DNA of 64,000 nucleotides from Eledone cirrhosa (Eukaryota): NCBI GenBank assembly GCA_964016885.1, contig OZ024765.1, positions 8,184,001 to 8,248,000 of the forward strand, read 5' to 3'. Shown piece by piece: positions 41,076 to 55,999 of this stretch (position 1 is its first letter; each line of letters starts with the position of its first letter). The notes under the pieces were generated by a model. It saw only the letters and a program-made list of their open reading frames with translations, ran no database searches and was not told where the DNA came from. The position numbers and the translations under genes were made by a program.

Positions 41076-41207
41076 TCAATGATGTTGCCCTCGTCAATCT
41101 CGGAAAAGACATACCTAAAGAGATGTGTTTGGACCCGATAGAACTCGCCGAAGAAGGAGATACATTTGAAGACAACTGTGTGATCGCTGGCTGGGGAAAA
41201 ACATCAT
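41076..41207 (+). CDS. Serine protease 2, exon 4 (NDVALVNL...CVIAGWGKTS)
   Basis: Pyrimidine tract plus ccag acceptor, gtaaat donor; Asp102 and GWG motifs. Confidence 0.95.
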
Positions 41208-41562
41208 GTAAATATATTTGAGAACTTCTTTAATTTTTGTTAGAAAGGGAGGTAATCGAGTGTTGATTTTTTTTTTTTTTTTTTTTTTTTTCTTCTCTCT
41301 ATCCCTCTTCTTTCCTCCTTCGTCACCTCAACAAGACATTTTTAAACTATATATCTAAAATGAGCTCATTAATTCATTTTTGGGTAATTATTACACGTGT
41401 TTCGATACTTTAAGTAATAGCTCATGAAATATATATGGACTATATATGTGTGTGTGTGTGTGTGTGTGTGCGTGTGCGTGTGTGTGTGTGTGCGTGTGTG
41501 TGGGGGTGGGGGGTTTACAGGAACAAACGTTTCCTTGGTTTGGACGGTACTTTCTTTATACT

Positions 41563-41596
<34 letters not shown>

Positions 41597-41643
41597 TATT
41601 CTCAGTACTTAAAAAAGTCGAAAATTCAGCTTCATATATTATT

Positions 41644-41733
<90 letters not shown>

Positions 41734-42029
41734 GTACAGATTAAAGTTTAAGCAAAGAATCGCTGCTTTCACCCTTAACGGGATCCTCTGAAGATCTATG
41801 GTTTTATATATAGGCACGTGGCTGAGTGGTAAGAGAATTGGAGTCGCAATCTTGAGGTTGTGAGTTCAATTCCCGGACCGGGAGATGTGTTATGTCCTTG
41901 AGCAAGACACTTTATTTCACATTGCTCCTTCTACCTGGAGTTGCGCCCGAGAGATAGTACTAGCAACTGGAAAGACCAATGGAAACATTGTTTCCTCGGT
42001 CCAATTTGACGAAAGTTGGTCGACTGTCG

Positions 42030-42064
<35 letters not shown>

Positions 42065-42479
42065 GCAATAATAAATGTGAAGACTAAAATCAGAAGAGGG
42101 CTCGATAAGGGTTATATATATCCCGTTAAGGGTAAGTCGCGATTCTTTTTTAATCTGTACTTATAATATATATATATATATATAAGCCAGAATCAGTTCC
42201 CATCCCACCCTTGCAAGCAGGGATAAAGCGGACGTAAAATGAAATGATGATGATGATGATGATGATATATATATATTTATTAGTAAAAGGAAAAGAAAAT
42301 GCTGACAAATTTTTCCCAGTGAAAAATAGTTTAATTAGGAATAAGTATAAATTAGTAATAAGTATTGGTTAGTATTCAGTTTCAGTTTTAAGTTTTTACC
42401 GGTTGCGCATTTCTAATGCTTTTCAAAAATAATTTTGTGATAGAGCGCTCCTGATGTTTGCTCTAATCGTGATGTTTGC

Positions 42480-42514
<35 letters not shown>

Positions 42515-42788
42515 AAATTCCGTTACAATGAATACCGTTATAACAAATCTTTTTCAATCCCCGGCCACATGCTTGATGTGTTAGATCTCGTTGTAAAGAA
42601 TTTTTTGTTACTACGACTTTTTCTATACTCCGTGAATTTTGTTATAATGGAATTTATAACGGAAGTGCTATTAGGAAGGTCATGTATATATATATGAAGT
42701 ATTTCTGTAGAAAAGGTAAAGGAAGAAGAGTGCTCTATGTATTGTACAGAGCTATTTAATTATGTAATAAACCACACAAGACAATTAT

Positions 42789-42859
42789 TCCATTTACCAA
42801 AGGTTTCACGAAGACAGGCGACCTCAACAGAGATGTCCGAAGTCGTTCATCAGAAAGGA
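42789..42859 (-). ncRNA. Type I hammerhead ribozyme motif inside a palindrome (42789-42927)
   Basis: Minus strand: tccttt-CTGATGA-acga...tcgt-GAAA-cc-ttt-gg-TA-aatgga. Confidence 0.55.
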
Positions 42860-43445
42860 GAATTTGAATGACTTCGGACGCCTCTGTTGAGGTCGCCTGT
42901 CTTCGTGAAACCTTCGGTAAATGGAATATTGTCTTGTGTTGTTTATTACATAGTTATATATATATATGATGGCTGCCCCCTCGTTATCGAGTATGGACAT
43001 GATATAATCAAATATACACCCCCATCCCACTACCCAAATTCCCCCACCCCCGTCAACACCACCCCTTTCTCTATAATGTTATGTTGGTACCACAACATCC
43101 AGTCCTAAATAAATGAAGTCGTGTAGGTGTCACGACAAAAAATACACAGTCTGTCTACGGTGTAATGTGGCCGTGTAGGTAACACGGTAAAAACCTCCCA
43201 GTCCACACTGTAAATGTGGTTGGTGTTAGGAAGGGCATCCAGCCGTAGAAAACCTGCCAGACAGTCCTATACGAGCGAGACAACCAATCTTGCCTCAAGT
43301 GGGACAATTCCCGTCTAAACCCATGCTAGCGTGAAACACGGACGTTAAACGATGATGATGATGATGATATATATATTTGTATTTTTACTCATTTTTTGCT
43401 TATTTTTTTCAATTCTGCCTCCACACATGCATTACACATCTACAG

Positions 43446-43588
43446 GGGAATCTGACCCTACCATATCACTGTTGAAAGGAGAAGTCCCTATAATCCCCAC
43501 AGAAGAGTGTTCCAAGGTTGCCAATGGTTTACAAAAACAACATGTGTGTGCAGGGAACCTGCTACGTAATGGAACAACCACTTGTAAG
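43446..43588 (+). CDS. Serine protease 2, exon 5 (WESDPTISL...VCAGNLLRNGTTTCK)
   Basis: ctacag and gtatgg boundaries; 143 bp as in the paralog. Confidence 0.95.
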
Positions 43589-44041
43589 GTATGGGACCCC
43601 TTTTTTCTTCTTCTTCTTCTCGTCATTCCGTCCTAGCCCCCTTTCAACCTCTCCACCCTCCTGTTGGTATGTGACCCCTTTTTATCCATCTTCCCACCAT
43701 CTTCCCCCTTACCCTCTCCACTCACACACCCCGCTGTCTCCACCCTGCTGTCTCCACCCTCTCCAACCCTATCCACTCTCAGACCCTCTCACCCCCACCC
43801 TCTGCCCTCTCACCCCCTTTCTCTCCCACCCTTTCACTCTCTCCACCCTCCTCTTGCTATATGACCCCTTTTTATTCATCTTTCCACCGCACTGGGGTCG
43901 ATTTAATTGTCTTTCCCATCTCCTTAAAAAATTGTTGTCCTTATGTCTAAATCTGAAACAGTTATTTTACCTTAACTTGTCACATCTAATCTCTCTCTCT
44001 CTTTCTTTCTTTCTGTCCCCTGTTCCTGCTGGTCATTGAAG

Positions 44042-44197
44042 GGTGACTCTGGTGGACCCCTCACCTGTCGACGAAAGAGCGACAACAAGTTCGTCCTAGT
44101 TGGAGTTGTCTCGTATGGTGACAAATGTGACAATGGGATGTCTGTGTTCGCAAGAGCTTCGTACTTTGCTGAATGGATCAGAGTGAACAGCGAATAA
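44042..44197 (+). CDS. Serine protease 2, exon 6 (GDSGGPLTC...GVVSYG...WIRVNSE*)
   Basis: Pyrimidine tract plus gaag acceptor; catalytic Ser; TAA at 44195-44197. Confidence 0.95.
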   Translation, partial: GDSGGPLTCRRKSDNKFVLVGVVSYGDKCDNGMSVFARASYFAEWIRVNSE

Positions 44198-44293
44198 TTT
44201 GGAAAGAAACAGAACATTGGAGAAACCCTTGGTCCTCGACATGGAGAAACCCGTGGTCCTGGATTATATTGGAAAACATTTTGGCACTGATGG

Positions 44294-44299
44294 AATAAA
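44294..44299 (+). terminator. Putative polyadenylation signal of serine protease 2
   Basis: AATAAA about 100 bp after the stop codon. Confidence 0.6.
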
Positions 44300-46766
44300 A
44301 AACATGGAATTTATATCAAATCACAGCAGATATTTAGAAAATAACTGTTTCTACTTTAGGCACAAGGCCAGCAATTACCAGTGCATTACTGGTACTTTAT
44401 TTTATCGACCCCGTAAGGATGAAAGGCAAAGTCAACCTCGGCGGGATTTGAACTCAGATGGTAAAGGGACGTAGAAAATAACATCATCTAGACATGGGTA
44501 ATGTCTTACAGTGTAAATATATATATGCGTGTGTGTGTATATGTATATGTATATATGTATATATATATGTATATATATGTATATATATGTATATATATGT
44601 ATGTATATATATATGTGTGTGTGTGTATATATAAATATATACACATATTTGTATGTATATGTTTATATACACACATATGTATATATGTATACATACACAC
44701 ACACATATATATATTCACACATATATATATATATATACATATACACATATATATATACATATATATATATATACATATATACACACCCATTTATACATAT
44801 ATATATATATATATATATACAAAGGCAGACATAAAAACAGACTCTATATATCATCATTCGAAACAATTTATGTTAAAGTAGGCATCCATATTAAAAATGA
44901 AAAGTTTATTTCCACAATTTCGGTTTTTTTGTTTTGTTTTTAAACTGTAACAACAACAACAACAACAACAACAACACCACAACAACTACAGCAACACCAA
45001 CAACAACACCAACAACAACAACAACAACAACACCAACAACTACAACAACAACAACAACAACAACACCAACAACAACAACAACATCAACAACATCAACAAC
45101 ATCACCAACAACATCATCACCAACACCAATACCAACACCAACAACTACAGCAACAACAACAACACCACCACCAACAACATCATCACCAACAATAACAACA
45201 CCACCACAACAACTACAGCAACAACAACAACACCACCACCAACAACAACAACAACAACATCAACAACATCATCAACATCACCAACAACATCATCACCAAC
45301 ACCAATACCAACACCAACAACAACACCAACAACACCAACAACAACACCAACAACAACACCACCAACAACAACATCACCACCAACACCAACAACAACACCA
45401 ACAACACCAACAACATTTGAAATAATTACTGGGCTTGCAATCGAAAGGTTGTGAGTTCAATTCTCAGACCGGGTGATGTGTTGTTTCCTTGAGCAAGACA
45501 CTTTATTTCACATTGCTCCAGTTTACTCAGCTGTAGAAATGAGATGATAGGGACTGGGGTCCCTATCATTCCACTGTAAAGTAGTTGTGTAGGTGCCATG
45601 GCAAAAAAGCACCCAGCACTCACTGTAAATGAGATTGGTGTTAGGAAGGGCATCCAGCTGTAGAAATCAAGCCAGAATCAGTTCCCGTATTAGCAAGATA
45701 AGGTCAGCCGACCACACACTGCCCACAACAGGACAACCCGTCTAACCCATGCTCGCGTGAAAGAACGGACGTAAAATGGTGGTGATGATGATGATGATGA
45801 TCTCTTATTCTAAAGAATTTCTCACCTGAGGACAGAATAAAAGTTCTTCCAATGATTTGAAATAATTACTAGTTTCTTTGTTCTAGAAACCATGGTAGAG
45901 AGAAGATTATTGGAGTTAGACTAACTTATTTTAGTCTGTCTACCTTATAGTCCCCTAAATTGAGATTTTGGCATAAGTTTAATATATTAAATTACTTCTC
46001 TGAATCATATTATATCCATTCATTAAGATGTCAGAATATTAGAGATAACCTTTTAATATAAATATATATATCACCATCATCATCATCATTTCATTTTATG
46101 TCTGCTTTTTCCCTGCTTGAAAGGGTGGGACGGGAACTGATTCTGGCTTGATTTCTACAGCTGGATGCCCTTCCTAACACCAATCTCATTTACAGTGAGT
46201 GCTGGGTGCTTTTTTGCCATGGCACCTACACAACCACTTTACAGTGGAATGATAGGGACCCCAGTCCCTATCATCTCATTTCTACAGCTGAGTAAACTGG
46301 AGCAATGTGAAATAAAGTGTCTTGCTCAAGGAAACAACACATCACCCGGTCTGAGAATTGAACTCACAACCTTTCGATTGCAAGGCCAATGCTCTAACCA
46401 CTAAGTCATGTGCCTCCATATGGTACGGCTATATATATATATATATAGCAGTACCATCATTCCCCACCAGTAAACAAACATTCAAAGACGAGGGAAGAAT
46501 TTTCTGTAAGAATTTTAACATCTGCCGCCATTGAGGAGAGAATGGAAGACAAACGACAAAAGACTCTACAAAACAAATGTATTGACTAGGTGAGGTATAT
46601 ATATAGTGCTGTATAATTGTGTGTGTGTATATATATATATATATACACACATATAGATTAAAGTTTAAGCAAAGATGCCGTGCTTTTACGGGATCTTCTG
46701 AAATATGTGTACTTATATATACGTATATACACACACACATATACATATACACATATGCATATATAT

Positions 46767-46799
<33 letters not shown>

Positions 46800-47121
46800 C
46801 ACATAGGTATACATATATATATATACACATATATATACATATATATATACACATATATATACATATATATATACACATATATATACATATATATATACAC
46901 ATATATATACATATATATACACATATATATACATATATATACACATATATATATACACATATATACACATATATATATACACATATATATACACATATAT
47001 ATCCACATATATATACATATATATATACACATACATATATATACATATATATCCACATATATATACACATACATATATATACACATATATACACATACAT
47101 ATATATACACATATATACACA

Positions 47122-47177
<56 letters not shown>

Positions 47178-47674
47178 TATACACATACATATATATATAC
47201 ATATATATACACATATATATACACATACATATATATATACATATATATACACATACATATATATACATATATATACACATATATATACATACATATATAT
47301 ACACATATATATACACATACATATATATATACATATATATACACATACATATATATACATATATATACACATACATATATATACATATATATATATACAT
47401 ATATATACACATACATATATATACACATACATGTATATACACATACATGTATATACACATATATACACACATATATATATATACATATATATACATATAT
47501 ATATACATATATATACATATATATATACATATATACACATATATATACACATATATACACATATATATACACATATATACACATATATATACACATATAT
47601 ATATATACACATATATATACACATATATATACATATATATATACATATATATACACATATATACATATACATAC

Positions 47675-47717
<43 letters not shown>

Positions 47718-48426
47718 TATACATATATATATATATATACACACATATATATGCTGTGCTGAATAAGACCCGTCCCACCCTTGCAAGCAGGGAAAAGCGG
47801 ACGTAAAATGATGATGATGATGATGATGATGATATATACATATATATATAAACATATATATATATATATACACATATCTACATATGATGGCTGCAACTGT
47901 ATGAGCATCGCAGACGTGGCGTTTAATCCTGTTAGGGACTTGCCTGTGACCAGCAATACCATGCATTGCAATATATGTCACATATCAAGCAATGCCTGTG
48001 TTTGAAGCCTTATTAAGTGAAGAAAGGCTTTGCACGGAGCCAATCCCAGTCTCTAAACATCAAATGTATTTAACCAAAAAGAAGAACTGGTCTACATCAT
48101 TGGATGTCAACTAAGTGACAGGTTTTATATCAGAGTGACCTTCTCCTACAGAGATGTCTTAATGAAGACTAGGGTTCTCTCGCTCAAAATAAAAAGACTA
48201 CTTAATTGGATGGTCATTGACTCGCCTTTAGTTCCTCCACCCTTTGACGGTTTTGTGTTTTATCCTGCAGGGCGTCCATAAACACCCTCCCCACCAAGCA
48301 AGCTGGGTGGGGAGGGTGATTTGCTAGTTTAGTTGCCGACAACCCGACCATGCACAGGTTGTATTGGGTTAAATGTTACCAGTAGCTGAAGAGTGACCTG
48401 AGATATATATACATACATACATATAC

Positions 48427-48462
<36 letters not shown>

Positions 48463-48490
48463 TTTAGTCTTGAAATTTATTATTATTACA

Positions 48491-48550
<60 letters not shown>

Positions 48551-48629
48551 GTATATATACATATGTATATATATACATATATATTATATTTATATATATA
48601 TTTTAGTCTTGAAATTTATTATTATTACA

Positions 48630-48709
<80 letters not shown>

Positions 48710-48746
48710 TTCGTTTCTTATTGGTAACATGACCCTCCCAAAGTAT

Positions 48747-48781
<35 letters not shown>

Positions 48782-49008
48782 TTAAAACAATGAAATAAAA
48801 AATCAAGTCATTAGAGCTATACTTCACTGCTTTACGATCGTTTCTAGATGGTGATAATACATTGTATCTATACTCAGTTATTGATCTATGTAAGTTTACA
48901 AACTATCAGATAGAGAGAATATTTACTTACATGCATATCACCAGCTGTTTCCAAAAGCAATAATAATTTTATTCAATAATAATTTTACTCAAAATTAGTA
49001 TCTATATC

Positions 49009-49051
<43 letters not shown>

Positions 49052-49065
49052 GTATATATATATGT

Positions 49066-49434
49066 ATATGGAAGCACGGCCTAGAATCAAAAGGCCTTAA
49101 AATTAACCTAGCTAAGACCAAAGTTCTAGTCTGTAGGAAGGAAAATAGGGCACCGGTCCCATCCGGGAAATGGCCATGCTCAGTGTGTAGGAAAGGAGTA
49201 GGTAGAAACTCCATTTTATGTCCCAAATGCAAAGTATGGGTGCATAAAAGATGTAGTGGGATCACAGGTAAGCTAACTAAGAACATAGATTTTACATGTG
49301 GCCGGTGCTCTGGTGCAATAAGTAGCAGCAAGTGCCCACAAAATACTAGCTCTTTCAACTGCGCAGAGGGTTCTATAGAAATAGTGGACACCTTCCGTTA
49401 CCTGGGTGACAAAATCAGCAGTGGGGGAGGGTGC
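49066..49434 (+). mobile_element. RTE-clade reverse transcriptase fragment with embedded PHD-type finger
   Basis: [24 protein letters not shown]...[12 protein letters not shown]...[15 protein letters not shown]; flanked by (TA)n. Confidence 0.88.
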
Positions 49435-51453
49435 TCTATATATATATACACACATATGTATATATATGTATATATATATATATACACACAGATATATATA
49501 TACACACATATATATACATACATATATATATGTGTATATATATACACACAGATATATATATACACACATATATATACATACATATATATATGTGTATATA
49601 TATATACACACAGATATATATATACACACATATATATACATACATATATATATGTGTATATATATACACACAGATATATATATATACACATATATATACA
49701 TATATATATGTGTATATATATACACATAGATATATATATACACACATATATATACATATATATATGTGTATATATATACACACAGATATATATATACACA
49801 CATATATATATACATACATATATATATGTGTATATATATACACACATATATATATATACACACATATATATACATATATATATGTGTATATATATACACA
49901 CACAGATATATATATACACACATATATATATACATACATATATATATGTGTATATATATACACACATATATATATACATATATATATGTGTATATATATA
50001 CACACAGATATATATATACACACATATATATATACATATATATATGTGTATATATATACACACAGATATATATATACACACATATATATACATACATATA
50101 TATATGTGTATATATATACACACAGATATATATATACACACATATATATACATACATATATATATGTGTATATATATACACACAGATATATATATACACA
50201 TATATATACATACATATATATATGTGTATATATATACACACAGATATATATATATACACACATATATATACATACATATATATGTGTATATATATATATA
50301 CACACAGATATATATATACACACATATATATATACATATATATATGTGTATATATATACACACAGATATATATATATACACATATATATACATATATATA
50401 TGTGCATATATATACACACAGATATATATATACACACATATATATACATATATATATGTGTATATATATACACACACAGATATATATATACACACATATA
50501 TATATACATATATATGTGTATATATATACACACAGATATATATATACACACATATATATATACATATATATATGTGTATATATATACACACAGATATATA
50601 TATACACACATATATATACATACATATATATATGTGTATATATATACACACAGATATATATATACACACATATATATACATACATATATATATGTGTATA
50701 TATATACACACAGATATATATATACACACATATATATACATACATATATATATGTGTATATATATACACACAAATATATATATACACGTATATATACATA
50801 CATATATATATGTGTATATATATACACACAGATATATATATACACACATATATATACATACATATATATATGTGTATATATATATACACACAGATATATA
50901 TATATACACATATATATACATACATATATATATGTGTATATATATACACACAGATATATATATACACATATATATACATACATATATATATGTGTATATA
51001 TATACACACAGATATATATATACACACATATATATACATACATATATATATGTGTATATATATATACACACAGATATATATATATACACATATATATACA
51101 TACATATATATATGTGTATATATATACACACAGATATATATATACACACATATATATACATACATATATATATGTGTATATATATATACACACAGATATA
51201 TATATATACACATATATATACATACATATATATATGTGTATATATATACACACAGATATATATATACACACATATATATACATACATATATGTGTATATA
51301 TATATATATATATACACACAGATATATATATACACACATATATATACATACATATATATATGTGTATATATATATATACACATATATATATTTATATATA
51401 CTTTGTTATGTAAAACAGTATAGAGTATGTGAAATGAATCAATGAGGACAGAG

Positions 51454-51536
<83 letters not shown>

Positions 51537-53628
51537 CAAACAATGACAGCAGCAACAACAACAAACAATGACAGCAGCAACAACAGTAACAACAGCAACA
51601 ACAACCCCACCACCATCACCACCACACTACCACCACCATTACCACTACTACACCACCACCACTACCAGACCATCACCACATTACCACCACCACTACCACT
51701 ACCACCACACTACCACCCCCACCACTACTACACATCCACCACCACCACTACTACACCTCCACCACACTACCACCACTACTACACCACTACACCACCACCA
51801 CTACTACACCACCACCACACTACCACCACTACTACACCACTACACCACCACCACTACTACACCACCACCACACTACCACCACTACTACACCACTACACCA
51901 CCACCACTACTACACCACCACCACACTACACTACCACCACCACCACTACTCCACCACCACCGCACTACCACATCCACCACCACCACTACTACACCTCCAC
52001 CACACTACCACCACTACTACACCTCTACACCACCACCACTACTACACCACCACCACACTACCACCACTACTACACCACTACACCACCACCACTACTACAC
52101 CACCACCACACTACCACCACTACTACACCACTACACCACCACCACTACTACACCACCACCACACTACACTACCACCACCACCACTACTCCACCACCACCG
52201 CACTACCACATCCACCACCACCACTACTACACCTCCACCACACTACCACCACTACTACACCACTACACCACCACCACTACTACACCACCACCACACTACA
52301 CTACCACCACCACCACTACTCCACCACCACCGCACTACCACATCCACCACCACCACTACTACACCTCCACCACACTACCACCACTATTACTACACCACCA
52401 CCACACTACCACCACCACTACTACACCACCACCACACTACCACCACTACACCACCACCACTACTACACCACCACCACTACACCACCACACCACAACCACC
52501 ACCACCACACTACCACCACCACTACTACACCACCACCACACTACCACCACTACACCACCACCACTACTACACCACCACCACTACACCACCACACCACAAC
52601 CACCACTACCACCACCACCACCACTACACCAACACACCACAACACCACTACACCACCACCACTACACCACCACACCACAACACCACTACACCACCACCAC
52701 CACTACACCACAACCACCACTACCACCACCACCACCACCACCAGCAGACGACCCCCATTTATGAACATTGTCAGCCATCTTGTGTATGTCTTCCATTTGT
52801 AGATATTGTTTGCTGAAACTGATAAAAGGAGAAACACAAACAATTTGAATAAATAAATATTGAAAGGTCTTATTTTTTGTTTGTGTCTTTTCTTCTTCTC
52901 CTTCTTTATTTTCTCCTTCTTCTTCACTTTCTCCTCCTTCACTTCTCCCTTTTCTTCTTCTCCTTCTTTGCTTTCTCTTGCTTTCTTTTCTCCTTCTTCT
53001 TTTCTTTCTTCTCCTTTTTTTCTTTTCTCCTTTTTCTCCCTCTTTGTTTTCACCTTTGCATTTTCCTTCTTCTCCACCACCAACCCCCTCCCTAACACCA
53101 TCACCACCACACCACCACCAACAACCCCCTCCCTAACACCACCACCACCACGACACCACCACCACCACCACCACCACCACCACCAACCCCCTCCCTAACA
53201 CCACCACCACCACCACTACACCACCACCACCACCAACCCCCTCCCTAACACCACCACCACCAACACAATATATAAAGTCGGCCATATTGAAATAAAACAA
53301 TTTATTATAAAGACTCGTTAGTAAAAGTTTTATTATTAAAACGTTTTACAAATTTTTATCAATTTTTATTAATTTTTATTAATTTTTATTCGTTTTTCGT
53401 GTTATTTATTTATTGTTGGGGGTTTTTTTGTTAATTTTAGTTATTTTGTTGTTTTGGGGGAGTTGTTTTGTTGTTTTTTTTAAAATAATAATATTAATAA
53501 TAAATCGAAAAAATAGAATTAATAAAGTTAATAAAACACATTTTAATTATTTTCGGTTGTGTAAAAGGCTTGTGTGAATATACACACAGACACACACACA
53601 CAGACACACATACACACACATACACACA

Positions 53629-53672
<44 letters not shown>

Positions 53673-53925
53673 CACACATACACACACACACACAGGCACA
53701 CATACACACACACACACACACACAGGCACACATACACACACACACGCACACAAAGAGACACACACACACAGGCACATATAGACACACACATATACATATA
53801 TGTATATATGCATACATATACATGTATATATACACATATATGTATATATACACACACACATATATATACATGCACATATATACATATATATATACATATA
53901 TATATATATACACATATATATATAC

Positions 53926-53956
<31 letters not shown>

Positions 53957-53995
53957 TATATACATATACACACATATATATACTTATATATACAC

Positions 53996-54044
<49 letters not shown>

Positions 54045-54512
54045 CACATATATATACATACTCATATGTATACACATATATATATATACACATATGTATA
54101 CATATATATATATACACATATGTATACATATATATATATATACACATATGTATACATATATATACACATATAAACACATATTTATACACATATATATACA
54201 TATATGTTCACATATTTGTATATATATATATATATATATATAATTATATAGGTGTGTGCATACAATTCTGCAGATTAAAAGCAAAGATTTTGATTACATA
54301 GAAAACTCATCAATAAAGGAAAATATAATATGGGACATACACAGTAACTTCTTCAGTTGAGGGTTTCATAAAACTTCTGTAGAAATGGACGTCAGTGAAG
54401 GGAGGTAACTCTGTTAGTAAAATTGTTCAAGATGCCTTCATGTATCACAACAATATATGTGTTTATATATATATGTGTGTGTGTGTGTTTATATATATAT
54501 GTGTGTGTGTGT

Positions 54513-54595
<83 letters not shown>

Positions 54596-54693
54596 TGTAT
54601 ATAAACACACACATATGTATATATATAGATATATGTGTGTGTGTGTTTATATATATATATATATTATCATATATGTATGTGTGTGTGTATATG

Positions 54694-54747
<54 letters not shown>

Positions 54748-54890
54748 CATACAATATTTAATGTAGAAATGGCTTCTACAGGACTAGAACTGTTTCATTC
54801 GAAGGAAATCATCAGGAAAGACCTGATGATTTTCTTCGAATGAAACAATTCTAGTCCTGTATAAGCCATTTCTACATTAAATATTGTATG
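54748..54890. repeat. Near-perfect palindrome with about 69-bp arms and a 5-nt loop
   Basis: ...gaaggaaatcatcagg-aaaga-cctgatgattttcttc...; arms extend to atacaatatttaatgtagaaatggctt. Confidence 0.9.
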
Positions 54891-54921
<31 letters not shown>

Positions 54922-54991
54922 TATATAATATAACATATATTTATGTATATATATATATATATGATATTTATATAATATAACATATATTTAC

Positions 54992-55031
<40 letters not shown>

Positions 55032-55485
55032 TATATCATGTATATATGTAAATATATACACACATATATATATACATTAACATTCTGTTGTGCTGTAGTC
55101 TGGCCAGCTGAACATCAAGTCTGATGGGAGTTAATGTGAAAAAGGTGGATTAAACCAAGTGATGTGTTTTATGTTGAAATTTCACCAAGTTCTGTTTTAT
55201 CATTCAACACAATATATAAAGTTGGAACAAACATTACCATAGCAGAGCGGTGTGGTGTGGTGTGGGATATGGAAGGCAAGTGCGGCATTGAGGACGGTTG
55301 TTCAAATATGACATTTTAAAAGGTTGTTTGTTTTTCTTTTCGGTGTGGGGTTGGGTGGGAGGGGGCTGTTGTTGTTTTTGTTTTTTCATCTTTTTTTAAT
55401 CTTTTTTCTTGGTTTTAGATTTACGAAAACCTCAAGAAAAAGATATTTATATATTTTTTTATATATCTCTATCTCTTTCTCTCAC

Positions 55486-55540
<55 letters not shown>

Positions 55541-55662
55541 CCATACATATATATACATATATATACATATATACACATATATGTATATATATATATATAT
55601 TATATATATATGTATGTATATATATATATACACATATATATGTATATACCTGTATGTATATA

Positions 55663-55716
<54 letters not shown>

Positions 55717-55999
55717 TATACATGTATGTATATATGTGCATGTATATACATATATATACAGTATATATATATATATATATATATACAGTATACATATACA
55801 TATATATATATACAGTATATATATATACATATATATAGTATACATACATATACATATACAGTATATATACAGTATATATACAGTATATATATATATATAT
55901 ATATACACTCACAAAATCTCTCTCCTTTGAGGTTTCTTCAGGTTACATCTTATTACTGTTTTCTCTCTTCTTCTTCTTCTTCCTTCCTTCTGTGGCCCC

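Larger units (their letters stand above)
30099..44197 (+). other. Serine protease gene 2 (secreted peptidase S1A, 252 aa); join(30099-30147,33299-33452,34812-34936,41076-41207,43446-43588,44042-44197)
   Basis: Six GT-AG exons total 759 nt (252 aa plus stop), with signal peptide, IVNG start and an intact His/Asp/Ser triad. AATAAA at 44294-44299. Confidence 0.95.

Noticed and set aside
51543-53198. His/Thr/Pro-rich and Lys/Glu-rich ORFs
   Set aside because: (CAC/TAC)n and CT-rich low-complexity sequence with no gene structure.
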